64,000 nt of DNA from Alphaproteobacteria bacterium (GTDB taxonomy: Bacteria; Pseudomonadota; Alphaproteobacteria; GCA-2731375): assembly GCA_965225945.1 (NCBI GenBank), contig CBDDBZ010000033.1:64001-128000 (forward strand), in the 5' to 3' direction. Positions 51,171 to 61,282 of this stretch are shown here, piece after piece. Made by a program: the position numbers and the translations under genes. Within the stretch, counting starts at the first letter, position 1. Every line of letters starts with the position of its first letter. A model generated the notes under the pieces. It saw only the letters and a list, made by a program, of their open reading frames with translations, ran no database searches and was not told the DNA's origin.

Positions 51171-52722
51171 ATGACGCGATATCGCATTGCCTTCGCCGCC
51201 GCGGCTATTTTTCTCCTCTTTCCTCTCTTCGCGCCGAGCGGTGGCGCGCAGGAGGTTCAGCGGATCTTCGCGCCGAGCGGTGGCGCGCAGGAGGTTCAGC
51301 GGATCTTCGCGCCGAGCGGTGGCGCGCAGGAGGTTCAGCGGATCTTCGCGCCCGACGACGGTCATAAGCGGCTTCGCTGGAACGAGGAGGTGATCATCTT
51401 CGCGCCGAGCGGTGGCGCGACGCGGATCTTCGCGCCGAGCGGTCGATTCGGATCCTTCGCGCCGAGCGGTGGCGAGGAGGTTCAGCGGATCTTCGCGCCG
51501 AGCGCGCGCGCAGGAGGTTCAGCGGATCTTCGCGCCGAGCGGTGGCGCGCAGGAGGTTCAGCGGATCGCCGCCATCGTCAACGACGAGGTCATAAGCGGC
51601 TTCGATCTGGAACGACGGGTGGAGCTGATCATCCGCTCGACGCAAGCGGTCGATTCGCTCCAAGCGCGCCAGCGCTTGCGACCCAAGGCCTTGGGTATCC
51701 TGATCGACGAAAAGTTGCGCATTCAAGCCGCGGCCCGCCTCAACCTCAGGGTGAGCGATCGCGACATGGCCCAGGCCGTCCGCCGGCTGGAGCGTCAGAA
51801 CGATGTCCCCGAGGGCGAATTTGACAACTTCATGCAGGCCAATGGCTTCGATCGCGATTCCTTGCTGCAGCAGATGCGCGCGGAGATCGCCTGGGGCAAG
51901 TTTCTCCGCCGCCAGGCCACGCCCGTCTCCGACGACGAGGTGGACGAGGAGCTGTCACGGCTACAGGCCGACATCGGCAAGCCGGAGTATCTGATTTCGG
52001 AGATATTCTTGCCCGTCGCCTCCGCCTCCAACGAGGCGGAGATCCAGCGCTTGGCGCGAGAGCTGGTGGCGCAGCTCGACGGCGGCTCCGCCTTCGGCGC
52101 CATCGCGCGTCAGTATTCCCGGGGCGCCACCGCGCACGACGGTGGCCGCGTCGGCTGGATCAAGGTGGATCAGTTGGCGGACGAACTGGCCAAGGCCGTT
52201 CGCACCCTTCCGCCCGGCGGCCGGAGCGAGCCGATCCGGACCCTCGGCGGTTACTACATCCTTCAACTGCAGCGCCAGCGCCGCTTCCTCGTCGCCGACG
52301 CGAGCCAAGCACGGGTGCGACTGCGCCAAGTCAGCATCACCGTCTCGCGTTCCGGCAAGGCGGGCGCGGCGCGGCGTCTGGCCGAGGAACTCCGCGCCTC
52401 GGTCCGGGGCTGCGCCGCCATCACCGGTGCCGTCCAGGCGCGGGACGACGCGGTCGCGGACGATCTCGGCACGCTGCCGTTGGCGCAACTCTCGCCCCAG
52501 ATCCAGAGCGCGATCAAGCAACTGCCCGTCGGCCGGTTCAGCGCGCCGATCGAGCTCTCCGATTTAGTGTTGCTGCTGATGGTGTGCGAGCGCGAGCAAC
52601 AATCCACCAAGTTGCCGGAACGCGACGACGTTGCCGCGGAACTGGGCCGGCGCCAGCTGCACAAGCTCTCCCAGCGTTTTATTCGCGACCTCCGGCGCGA
52701 CGCCATGGTGGAGTATCGGTGA
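51171..52722 (+). CDS. surA: SurA peptidylprolyl isomerase/chaperone, 5' end broken by repeat
   Basis: Signal peptide MTRYRIAFAAA..AQ; IAAIVNDEVIS, rotamase F..IARQYS..GGRVGW; precedes pdxA-rsmA. Confidence 0.88.
51226..51567 (+). repeat. 39-bp tandem/scrambled repeat TCTTCGCGCCGAGCGGTGGCGCGCAGGAGGTTCAGCGGA
   Basis: Three clean units, then corrupted units mixed with fragments of downstream surA sequence. Confidence 0.9.
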
Positions 52723-53747
52723 GCGCGCGCGGGCCGGAGGCGCCTCCCCTCGCCCTGACCATGGGCGAGCCCGCAGGCATCGGTGGCGAAATCACGCTCC
52801 GGGCCTGGCACGCCCGCGACAAATTCACCCTCCCCCGGTTTTTCGCGATTGACGACCCCGCGCGCCTCGAAGCGGTGGCCGCCGCCATGGGGCTAGCCGT
52901 GCCGATCGCGGTGATCGACGCGCCGGAACAGGCGGGGGCACGCTTTTCCGGCGCGCTGCCGGTTTTGCCCTTGTCACTCGCGATCCCGACGGTCCCGGGC
53001 CGGCCCGACCCGAGGAACGCGCCTGCGACCTGCCGCGCGATCGAACTGGCGGTGGAACTGACCCGGGCCGGCAGGACCACCGGCATGGTCACCAACCCGA
53101 TCCAGAAGGCGACCCTCTACGAGGCCGGTTTCCGCCATCAGGGCCATACCGATTATCTGGCCGCCCTTCTCGGGGCCAAGAGCGAACCGGTGATGATGCT
53201 GGCCGCGCCAGGGCTGAAGGTGGTGCCGGTGACGATCCATCTGTCGCTGGGCCAAGCCGTGGAGAGCTTGACGACGGCGGTGATCCTGCACGCCGCGCGG
53301 GTGAGCGAGGCGGCGCTGCGCGACGATTTTGCCATCGCGCGACCCCGGCTCGCGATCGCCGGGCTCAATCCGCACGCCGGCGAGGCCGGCGCGCTCGGGC
53401 GCGAGGAGATCGAGATCATCGCACCGGCGATCGAGGCGCTGAGACGCGAAGGGATGGACGTCGTCGGCCCCATGGTCCCCGACGCGATGTTCCACGCCGG
53501 CGCCCGAGCCGGCTACGACGCGGCGATCTGCATGTATCACGACCAGGCATTGATTCCGCTGAAGACGCTGGACTTCGAAAATGGCGTCAACCTGACCCTG
53601 GGCCTCGCCATCGTCCGCACCTCGCCCGATCACGGTACCGCGCTCGACATCGCGGGCCAGGGGCGCGCCAGCGCGGCGAGCTTGATCCAGGCCATTCGGC
53701 TCGCGGGCGAGATTGGCGCCCGGCGGCGGGCGGCGGCGGAGCGATGA
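52719..53747 (+). CDS. pdxA: 4-hydroxythreonine-4-phosphate dehydrogenase
   Basis: TMGEPAGIG, GHTDYL, GLNPHAGE, MYHDQ, RTSPDHGTA. Confidence 0.96.
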   Translation: MSARGPEAPPLALTMGEPAGIGGEITLRAWHARDKFTLPRFFAIDDPARLEAVAAAMGLAVPIAVIDAPEQAGARFSGALPVLPLSLAIPTVPGRPDPRNAPATCRAIELAVELTRAGRTTGMVTNPIQKATLYEAGFRHQGHTDYLAALLGAKSEPVMMLAAPGLKVVPVTIHLSLGQAVESLTTAVILHAARVSEAALRDDFAIARPRLAIAGLNPHAGEAGALGREEIEIIAPAIEALRREGMDVVGPMVPDAMFHAGARAGYDAAICMYHDQALIPLKTLDFENGVNLTLGLAIVRTSPDHGTALDIAGQGRASAASLIQAIRLAGEIGARRRAAAER

Positions 53748-54589
53748 GCGAGGCGGTCCCGGCCCTGCCGCCCTTGCGCGAGGTGATCCGCGCGCACGGC
53801 ATAATCGCGCGCCGCGGGCTCGGGCAACATTTCCTGCTCGACGGCAACCTCACCACCAGAATTGCCCGCGCGGCGGCCCCGCTGGATGAACTCGACGTGC
53901 TGGAGGTCGGCCCCGGCCCCGGCGGGCTGACCCGTGCGCTGCTGGACGAGGGCGCGCGCCGCGTGGTCGCCATCGAGCGTGATTCCCGATGCATCGAGGC
54001 CCTCTCGGCGCTCCGCGCGCGATATCCCGAGCGCCTGCATCTGGTCGAGGGCGATGCCTTGGAGGTCGATTCCGCCAGCCTGCTCGGCGACGCGGCCTGC
54101 GTCGTCGCCAACCTTCCCTACAACATCGCGACGCCCTTGCTCTTCGGCTGGCTCGACGGGGGGACGCGCTATCGCCATCTGACGGTGATGGTGCAGAAGG
54201 AGGTGGCCGCCCGGCTGGTCGCGGTACCCGAGACCAAGAGTTACGGTCGCCTCGCGGTTGCGACCCAGTGGCGGGCCGAGGCTCGTGCCCTCTTCGACGT
54301 CCCCGCCCGCGCCTTCACGCCGCCCCCCAAGGTGACCTCGACGGTGGTTCGCCTGACGCCGAGGCAGGCCCCCCTCGCGCCGGCACCGGCGAAAGCGCTG
54401 CACGACGTGGTGAAGGCGGCCTTTGGCCAGCGGCGCAAAATGCTCAGGGCGAGCCTGAAGGCGGTCGCCTCCGATAGCGAGGCGCTGCTGGCGGCGGCCG
54501 GGATCGAGCCCACGCGCCGGGCCGAGTCTCTCGCCATCGAGGAGTTCTGCGCGCTCGCCCGCCAGCTCGCCATCGACCGGGAGGATTGA
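53744..54589 (+). CDS. rsmA: 16S rRNA dimethyltransferase RsmA/KsgA
   Basis: LGQHFL, EVGPGPG, ANLPYNI, QKEVA, FTPPPKV. Confidence 0.96.
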   Translation: MSEAVPALPPLREVIRAHGIIARRGLGQHFLLDGNLTTRIARAAAPLDELDVLEVGPGPGGLTRALLDEGARRVVAIERDSRCIEALSALRARYPERLHLVEGDALEVDSASLLGDAACVVANLPYNIATPLLFGWLDGGTRYRHLTVMVQKEVAARLVAVPETKSYGRLAVATQWRAEARALFDVPARAFTPPPKVTSTVVRLTPRQAPLAPAPAKALHDVVKAAFGQRRKMLRASLKAVASDSEALLAAAGIEPTRRAESLAIEEFCALARQLAIDRED

Positions 54590-54593
54590 GCGC

Positions 54594-55391
54594 TCACCCC
54601 GCGCCGCGCGGGCGCCCGAGCGCCGCCTCGCAGGCGCCGGGCGGGCCGGTGTCGAGCCGCGCCTCGATCTCCCCACGTTGCTGCTTCGAGAGGCGCTCGA
54701 CGAGCCGGCGGCGCTCTTCGTCCAGCACCTCTTCCCCCGCCAACTCGGCCAGACGGAGCCACTTGTAGGCGGCGGCGGGATCGCTTCCCCCGGCCTCGCC
54801 GTCGCCCATGAAAATGCGCGCCAGGCGAAGCCGCGCCTGCCCCTCGCCGGCTCGCGCGGCGCGGCAGAGCTCGATCGATTGGAACGAACGCGTCGGATCG
54901 AGCGGGTGACAGGCGGCCTCGCTCGGCGCCAGTCGGTCGGCCAGGATCTCAGCGTCTTCCCTGCCCCGCCCCCAGCCGAGACAGACGGGCCGTCCGTCGG
55001 AATCGTAGACGATCCCCACCAGCGACTTTCGGCGACGATATTCCTCGTAGAGGCGGAACGGTTGGCTCACCAGATAGAGCGCCACGGCACCGGCAAGCAG
55101 GATCAAGCAGCCCTCGTTCGAACAGCGCAGGCCTGCCGTCAGGCCGCGCGACGAGGCGCCGACGGCTGAGCGCCCGGCGCGATAGACGGCGACCACCCGG
55201 GCGCCCCCGCCGCGAATGGCGAGGGGAGCGCCGAGCCGGCGTTCGATGCCGCTTCGCCCGAGGGCGCCGTCGATGGCGCGGGCCGGTCCCGGCGGCGCGG
55301 CGCTGGAGACGAAGAGGTCGCAGGCGGCGAGCTGGAGGACGAGCCCGGCCGCGACCAGAACGCGCCCGGCACCAGCCGCTCGCTGGCTCAT
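54594..55391 (-). CDS. Hypothetical lipoprotein with C-terminal Sel1-like repeat
   Basis: Lipobox LAAC; AARAGEGQARLRLA..AAAYKWLRLA. Confidence 0.6.
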   Translation of the reverse strand: MSQRAAGAGRVLVAAGLVLQLAACDLFVSSAAPPGPARAIDGALGRSGIERRLGAPLAIRGGGARVVAVYRAGRSAVGASSRGLTAGLRCSNEGCLILLAGAVALYLVSQPFRLYEEYRRRKSLVGIVYDSDGRPVCLGWGRGREDAEILADRLAPSEAACHPLDPTRSFQSIELCRAARAGEGQARLRLARIFMGDGEAGGSDPAAAYKWLRLAELAGEEVLDEERRRLVERLSKQQRGEIEARLDTGPPGACEAALGRPRGAG

Positions 55392-55644
55392 GTGATGCCT
55401 CCTCCAAGAGGGGGCGGGCAGCCCCTAGATAGCTCCATTCGCGGCACTGCGTCCGTTGTACCTGCGCCGAGAACCTGCACCATACCAAGGCCCGAATTTC
55501 CGGGCCTTCGGTCTTTGGTGCATAACTCGCGAATTGTGTACCAGTACGATGATTCAGGGTTCACCAAAAAGCAGGCGTTCAAACCGGTGGACGGATGCGC
55601 ATATGAGTTGGCGATCCACCCAGGATTTATGGTACAATATCAAT

Positions 55645-55848
55645 ATGATGACCAAGGCCGAGAAACATCAGCGCCTGCGTGAGGCGATGCATAGCTCCGC
55701 GATCGAGGGGCTTCCCCTGACAGATGATGAGCGGAAGGTCCTGGAGTACTTCGTTGACAATAACGTGCCCGAGGACGAGCACGATCGCCTGGCACTGATG
55801 TACTTGGCCGGGCAATGGGCACCGCCGCGGCTAGAGGCGGCGGAGTGA
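55645..55848 (+). CDS. VbhA/FicA-like antitoxin
   Basis: Inhibitory motif SSAIEG ((S/T)xxxE(G/N)); stop overlaps a FicT-like start. Confidence 0.75.
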   Translation: MMTKAEKHQRLREAMHSSAIEGLPLTDDERKVLEYFVDNNVPEDEHDRLALMYLAGQWAPPRLEAAE

Positions 55849-56030
55849 GCGAGGGCGAAGACCCTTACGTCTATCCCGGTACGAGACGGAGGAGCTGGCC
55901 GAGGTGGTGCTGGTCGACCATTCCTATGCGGGCCTGCCGATCACCGGCACGGCGGACACGCTGGCCGGCCGAGTGGCGGCGCTGGTCTACCTCGATGCCT
56001 TCACGCCGGAAGATGGTGAATCGGGCATGA
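55845..56030 (+). pseudogene. FicT N-terminal stub joined to an alpha/beta-hydrolase fragment
   Basis: MSEGEDPYVYPGT, then in another frame VVLVDHSYAG..LVYLDAFTPEDGES. Confidence 0.65.
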
Positions 56031-56183
56031 GCATCAGAACCCGCGAACCCGGCGCCGCGATGCCATCCACAACATTTGGATGACGGAACCGGACTGGCTT
56101 CTCGACATTCTGCGCAGCCATGCCCTTTGAGACGGGTTGGCGTATAACAACCACGTGGCGACGAACAACCGGGCGACGGCACC

Positions 56184-57038
56184 ATGAAGCGAAACAGCCA
56201 TATCGAGGTCGCGCCGCTCTCCGGCGCGCTCGGCGCGGAGATCTCCGGCGTCGACCTCTCGGAACCCTTGGAGGACGCGGTCTTCGAGGACATCAGAGAG
56301 GCCCTCCACGAGCACCTGGTGATATGCTTCCGCGAGCAACATTTGACGCCCGAGCAGCACAAGGACTTCGGCCGCCGTTTCGGGCCGCTCAACGTCCACC
56401 CGCACTACCGGCCCGTCGAGGGCCACCCCGAAATCCTGCCGATTCTCAAGCAGCCGGGGGACACCGGCAACATCGGCGGGGCCTGGCATTCGGACGTGAG
56501 CTTCCTGGAACGGCCCTCGCTCGGCTCCCTGCTCTATGCGCTAGAGGTGCCGCGCCACGGCGGCGACACCCTGTTCGCCAACCAGTACCTCGCCTATGAG
56601 ACACTTTCGGAAGGAATGCGTGGGCTGCTGGACGAGTTGTCCGCGGTCCACAGCGACGCCGTGTTGAGCCGGCCGGAGAACAAGACGCGCGCCAACGCCG
56701 AGCGTTCGACCAAGCTCAAGGAAGAAGAGCTCACGGAGGAGGTGGAGAACGTCCACCCGGTGATCCGCGCTCACGGCGACACGGGGCGCCGCTGCCTCTA
56801 CGTCAATAGCGCCTTCACCCGACGCTTCCAGGAGATGACGGTGGCGGAGAGCCGGCCGCTCTTGGAGTTCCTTTACGATCACGCGGTCCGGCCCGAGTTC
56901 ACCTGCCGCGTGGCTTGGGAAAAGGACATGCTGGTGATGTGGGACAATCGCTGCACGCAGCACTATGCGCTGAACGACTATCCGGGCCAGCGCCGCGCCA
57001 TGCACAGGGTGACGGTGGAGGGCGAACGGCCGCGCTGA
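56184..57038 (+). CDS. TauD/TfdA family 2-oxoglutarate dioxygenase
   Basis: GAEISGVDL, WHSD, GGDT, HPV, WDNRCTQH. Confidence 0.93.
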   Translation: MKRNSHIEVAPLSGALGAEISGVDLSEPLEDAVFEDIREALHEHLVICFREQHLTPEQHKDFGRRFGPLNVHPHYRPVEGHPEILPILKQPGDTGNIGGAWHSDVSFLERPSLGSLLYALEVPRHGGDTLFANQYLAYETLSEGMRGLLDELSAVHSDAVLSRPENKTRANAERSTKLKEEELTEEVENVHPVIRAHGDTGRRCLYVNSAFTRRFQEMTVAESRPLLEFLYDHAVRPEFTCRVAWEKDMLVMWDNRCTQHYALNDYPGQRRAMHRVTVEGERPR

Positions 57039-57062
57039 GGCGGCCGGTTCGGACCGCGGGCG

Positions 57063-57893
57063 GTGACCAGCGACGTCGCGATCCTGATTCCCTGTCATCG
57101 CGCCGAGGCCACCATCGCACGCGCGGTCCGGAGCGCGCTGGTTCAGACCCACCGTGCCATCGAGATCGTCTTGGCGCCCGACGACGGCGTCGACTATTTG
57201 GCTCTGTTGGCCGGACTCGGCATTGACGACGAGCGGATCCGCCAAGCGCCGCTCGGCCCGGTTCACTCCGGCCCCTCTCGCGCCCGCAACCGGGCCCTCG
57301 CCGAGACTTGCACCGCCTTCGTGGCGCCACTCGACGCCGACGACACGTTGGCGCCGAGCTATATCGGCGAACTCCTGAGCGCGGCCCAAAAAGACGGTGC
57401 CGCCGCCGCGTTGTTGGAGGCGCGATTGGCCGACGGGCGCCGTATCACCAATCCGGCGGAGAGCGACGAAAACCCGACGCTCGAGTGGCGCGATATCGTG
57501 CTTTCGGACTTTCCGATCTTCTTTCTGGCGCGCCGAGAACTCCTGTCCCGGGGCTGGCCCGAGGAGCTGCGCTTCGCCGAGGATCTGGTGGTGAACCTGG
57601 AGCTCAAGGGGCGGGCGCCGCGTTACCGGCTCGCGCCGCTTGCGCGCTACCTCTACACCATCGGCGACGATACGCTGACCACCGCCTCGACAGCGGGGAG
57701 CGATGCCGATTCGGACTACGAGCGCATAATCGCGCTGGTCGAGGCCGGCGCGCTGCCGCTTCGCGAGGACGCGCGGAGCCGTGTCGTCGGCTGGATTGCC
57801 GAGAAGCGCGCGCGCAACGCTGCCTACCAGGCCGCGCGTCGCAACGGCTTCGAGGGCACGTTCTACGATTTCAGGCTATCGGCGGGGCGCTAG
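57063..57893 (+). CDS. Glycosyltransferase family 2
   Basis: ILIPC, RAVRSAL.Q, GPSRARN, LDADD, FAED. Confidence 0.85.
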   Translation: MTSDVAILIPCHRAEATIARAVRSALVQTHRAIEIVLAPDDGVDYLALLAGLGIDDERIRQAPLGPVHSGPSRARNRALAETCTAFVAPLDADDTLAPSYIGELLSAAQKDGAAAALLEARLADGRRITNPAESDENPTLEWRDIVLSDFPIFFLARRELLSRGWPEELRFAEDLVVNLELKGRAPRYRLAPLARYLYTIGDDTLTTASTAGSDADSDYERIIALVEAGALPLREDARSRVVGWIAEKRARNAAYQAARRNGFEGTFYDFRLSAGR

Positions 57894-57905
57894 CGCGCCG
57901 AGCGC

Positions 57906-58433
57906 TCAACGCAGCAGCAGACGGATGTTCTCGGCGAACTCGCCTTGCTCGTCGAGGACGTTGATGATCTCGCCCTCGTTTTCGGTCTCGTAGACCTGTC
58001 CGACGAGCGCGGTCGTCACCGTCTCGCCATCATCGGATAGCGGCAGGAGGAGACGCACGGTGGTGTGCCACTTGCGCACGGCGTCGCCGTGCTCGCATTC
58101 ACAAAACAGACCACAGCCCTCGTTCACCATTTCCTTGTAGAGGCCGGTGACGTAATCCTTGAAGGTTCCGTCCGGCAGGACATCGCCGAGCAGTTTGCCG
58201 CGACTATCATGGCCGAGCGCGCTGGTCAGCGCGGCCCCCACCATGCGCAACCGGTAGGCGGTCCCGTCGGCCTCGACGTCGACCAGCATGATGTTGGGAA
58301 GCAGCTCGGTGATTTCCATGACGTCGATGTCCGCCATCGACGGCATCTCTCGTCCCTGCCGCTTCGAAAGCCAATAGTCATAAAGCTGCAACAAAATCTC
58401 GTCATCGATGATCTTGCTTATTCGGTCAAACAC
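57906..58433 (-). CDS. PAS-domain (PAS_5-like) protein; start uncertain
   Basis: LYDYWLSKR...PS..DID, LPNIMLVDV, YRLRMVG, RLLLPL. Confidence 0.8.
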   Translation of the reverse strand: MFDRISKIIDDEILLQLYDYWLSKRQGREMPSMADIDVMEITELLPNIMLVDVEADGTAYRLRMVGAALTSALGHDSRGKLLGDVLPDGTFKDYVTGLYKEMVNEGCGLFCECEHGDAVRKWHTTVRLLLPLSDDGETVTTALVGQVYETENEGEIINVLDEQGEFAENIRLLLR

Positions 58434-58727
58434 GACGCAAATCCAGCCTAATTCCGGTTCTCTATGATTCTTCGCCGTCGAACGTCGCCCGTCAAGGAGA
58501 TCCCGGCAGCGTGATCCCCTCCCGCCGTCGTCATATTTGTAGACCGAGAGAAACACAGTCGCGTCCCTCTGTCAAAACCGAGAAGCAGGATTGGCCGCGC
58601 TCGGCCTGTGCCATTCGCCCGGCGGCGTAATCACCACGGGCCATGGTCTCTACTTGCCTTTCGATCGGGGAATGCATAATCCTGGGAACCGGGCGGTCCC
58701 GGCGCGAGCCGGCGACGAGGCTAGGGG

Positions 58728-60002
58728 ATGAAGTCGACGATGCCGATCGCGAATTGCTCGGACCCACACCGGCGAACATTCGCGCCGGGCGAGGTCGTTT
58801 TCGAGCAGAATGCGCCCGGCGACGTCGCCTACATCATCGAGCGTGGTCACGTGACGGTGACCCGGCGGCGGGGCGGGCGGGCGATCGACATCGCCAGCCT
58901 CGGCATCGGCGAAATCGTCGGCGAATCGGCCCTGATCGACGATCATCCCCGGACCGCGACGGCGACGGCGACCGTGGAGACCGAGGTCTTCATCGTCGAG
59001 CGCGATCTCTTGCAGCGCCACTTGGGAAAGGCCGATCCGCTGATCGCCATGCTGGTCCGCGTGCTGATCGACCGGCTGCGAACGGTGCAGCATCGTCTGA
59101 TTCCCTTCGAGGAGGACGAGTCGTCCTACCCGCCGGACGAGCGACGCCGCGCGCGTCGCCTGGCCGCGCCGGAAGCTTTGGCGCTGGGAGATTTCAAGCG
59201 CGAGCATGAATTGAAGCGCGGCATCGCCAGGGGTGAATTCGATCTGACGTTGCAACCGATCTTGCGCCTCGCGGACCGGCGCCTAGCGGGCTTCGAGGCC
59301 CTGATGGTGTGGCGACATCCGTCTCTGGGGCGGCTTACGCCGGCGGACTTCATCGATATCGCGGAACGCTCGGGCCTGGTCCGCGAGCTGGACGAATTGG
59401 CGCTCCGCTCGGCGATTTCGGCGCTGCACGAGATCGGGCGAGCCGTGGGCGCGCGCGCGCGCGAGTTGTCGTTCAGCGTCAATCTCTCCGGCGTCCATGC
59501 GGGTCAGGCGGCGACGGTGACGTGGATCGGCGACGTTTTGGCCGAGACCGGAACGCCGCCCGATCGCTTGACCCTCGAGATCACCGAGAGTTGGCTGGTC
59601 GGCGACCCCGAGGCGGCGGTCCAGACCCTGAGGGCGCTGAAGGACCTGGGCCTCCGTCTTGCCCTCGACGACTTCGGCACCGGATATTCCGGTCTCGCCT
59701 ATCTCCACAGCTTTCCCCTCGACTTCTTGAAGGTCGACCGTGGCTTCATCAGCGGGTTGCCGGGCGATGCCGGCGGCGCGCGGATCGCCGAGGCGATCAT
59801 CCGCCTCGCCGACACCTTCGGGCTCGCCGCGGTCGCCGAGGGGATCGACGATCCCCGCCAGCTGGAGGCACTGGACGCGATGGGCTGCGCCTTTGGACAA
59901 GGCTTCCTGTTCTCCCGGCCGCTCGACCTGAGCGACGCCATCGACTACGCCAGGCGGGGCGCATCCTCGCCAGCGGCCTCCACCGTGCTCGAAGGCGGTT
60001 GA
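58728..60002 (+). CDS. cNMP-binding + EAL domain c-di-GMP phosphodiesterase
   Basis: GEIVGE...PRTATA cNMP pocket; QPI, FEAL, SVNLS, EITE, DDFGTGYS, KVD, EG, QG. Confidence 0.9.
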   Translation: MKSTMPIANCSDPHRRTFAPGEVVFEQNAPGDVAYIIERGHVTVTRRRGGRAIDIASLGIGEIVGESALIDDHPRTATATATVETEVFIVERDLLQRHLGKADPLIAMLVRVLIDRLRTVQHRLIPFEEDESSYPPDERRRARRLAAPEALALGDFKREHELKRGIARGEFDLTLQPILRLADRRLAGFEALMVWRHPSLGRLTPADFIDIAERSGLVRELDELALRSAISALHEIGRAVGARARELSFSVNLSGVHAGQAATVTWIGDVLAETGTPPDRLTLEITESWLVGDPEAAVQTLRALKDLGLRLALDDFGTGYSGLAYLHSFPLDFLKVDRGFISGLPGDAGGARIAEAIIRLADTFGLAAVAEGIDDPRQLEALDAMGCAFGQGFLFSRPLDLSDAIDYARRGASSPAASTVLEGG

Positions 60003-60194
60003 CACCTCGCCGCGCGCCAAATAGACGACATGGCGGAGGCTCGCCCAAGCTGGAAATTCCGGCCTCGTTTGCCGTGGCATCTCGGTCAGGGCCATCGACA
60101 TAATGGTGAAGATTGGGCTAAACTCCTTCGGATATTTTTGGTTGACGGTCGTGGCCATCGCGGAATCGAGGCGGCGACCGGGGTGGGAGAGTGC

Positions 60195-60617
60195 ATGTTC
60201 GAAAAATTGAAGAAACTCGACCACATCCTGCAGACGACGCCGGAGGAACGGCGCCGCGAAGCGCGGGAGGGGGTCGAGGGTGGACTGGTCGTCGTCGACG
60301 GTGACGCCTACGCCCTCGCGGATTGGAGCGCGCATGGTTTTTGCGTCGCGGATTACACCGCCGAGCGGAAGCCCGGGGATCGTGTGGAAATGTACTTCTC
60401 AATCCCGATGGGGGATGAAACGCTGGAGTTCAAGTGCCGAACGGTGATCGCGCGCTATGATGCCAAAAAGAAAGAACTCGGCGGCATGTTCTCCAATCTG
60501 GACGATGAAATGCAGGATTTGATCGACGAGCATTTCAACGTCTTTTCCGCCAAGCGCTACAGCAAGCGGCGGCCTGATGCAAGGGTTGAAGTCGACGCTG
60601 AAACGCTCGGGCGATAA
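60195..60617 (+). CDS. PilZ-like domain protein
   Basis: ERRREAR (RxxxR) and DWSAHG (DxSxxG). Confidence 0.7.
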   Translation: MFEKLKKLDHILQTTPEERRREAREGVEGGLVVVDGDAYALADWSAHGFCVADYTAERKPGDRVEMYFSIPMGDETLEFKCRTVIARYDAKKKELGGMFSNLDDEMQDLIDEHFNVFSAKRYSKRRPDARVEVDAETLGR

Positions 60618-60819
60618 TGAGGATTAGCCTGATCGGCTGGCCATCTCCGCGATCGCGAATTCGGAGAATAGACCTCCGAAGGTTATCTGCGTAGGTCGTG
60701 CGAGTGTCGGGTGAATTCCCCGTGAAAATGTCCCTCGCTTCGCGTCACGTGTAGTTTTTCACACACTGGAATCGGCGAGAATGAGGCCCCGGGGCGACAA
60801 GCACCTCGACGAAACCGGC

Positions 60820-61170
60820 CTTCGCCGAGCTCGAGCGGAGCGCGGCGCTTGACAGCACCACCAGCAGCAAGCCGCCCGCCAGCGACGGCCTGCGCAAGAA
60901 GAGCGGAACCCAGAGGCGCACCCGAAGCCAGCGCGGCAAGTCCGGCAGGCCAAGCGGCGGCCAGCCGGGCCACAAGGGAACGACGCTGACCATGTTGTGG
61001 GGTTCGGGCTGCGGCGCACCGCTGTCGGACGCCGACCGTCGCCCGTCTGTCGACAGGTCTTCGATTGCCCGAGCCACGCCCCCTGGAGGTCACCGAACAC
61101 CGCGCCCATCGCTGCCTCTGCGGCGCCTGCGCCACCGTGACAGGAGCCGTCTTCCCGGACGGCTCGCCGC
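60820..61170 (+). pseudogene. Degenerate IS66 transposase fragment
   Basis: SSKPPASDG, GGQPGHKG, RQVFD, PEPRPLEVTEHRAHRC across shifting frames; paralogous to 576-2036; boundaries approximate. Confidence 0.8.
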
Positions 61171-61282
61171 CTCGAGGGTGGATTTGGCCGAATCAAACCG
61201 GGGAAAAGCACACCGACGAATCGAAGGAATTTAGTCACGATCAACGAATTCGATCTTTCGCCGCGCCTCGGGCGGTGCGGGT

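Noticed and set aside
51226-51567. Possible CRISPR array or repeat-protein domain
   Set aside because: The units are copies of the surA 5' coding sequence, and the intervening bits are corrupted downstream surA sequence, not unique spacers.
55392-55682. ORF with two YQYDD motifs suggesting an RHS/YD repeat
   Set aside because: Only two short matches in an AT-rich promoter-like region overlapping the antitoxin start; no RHS core.
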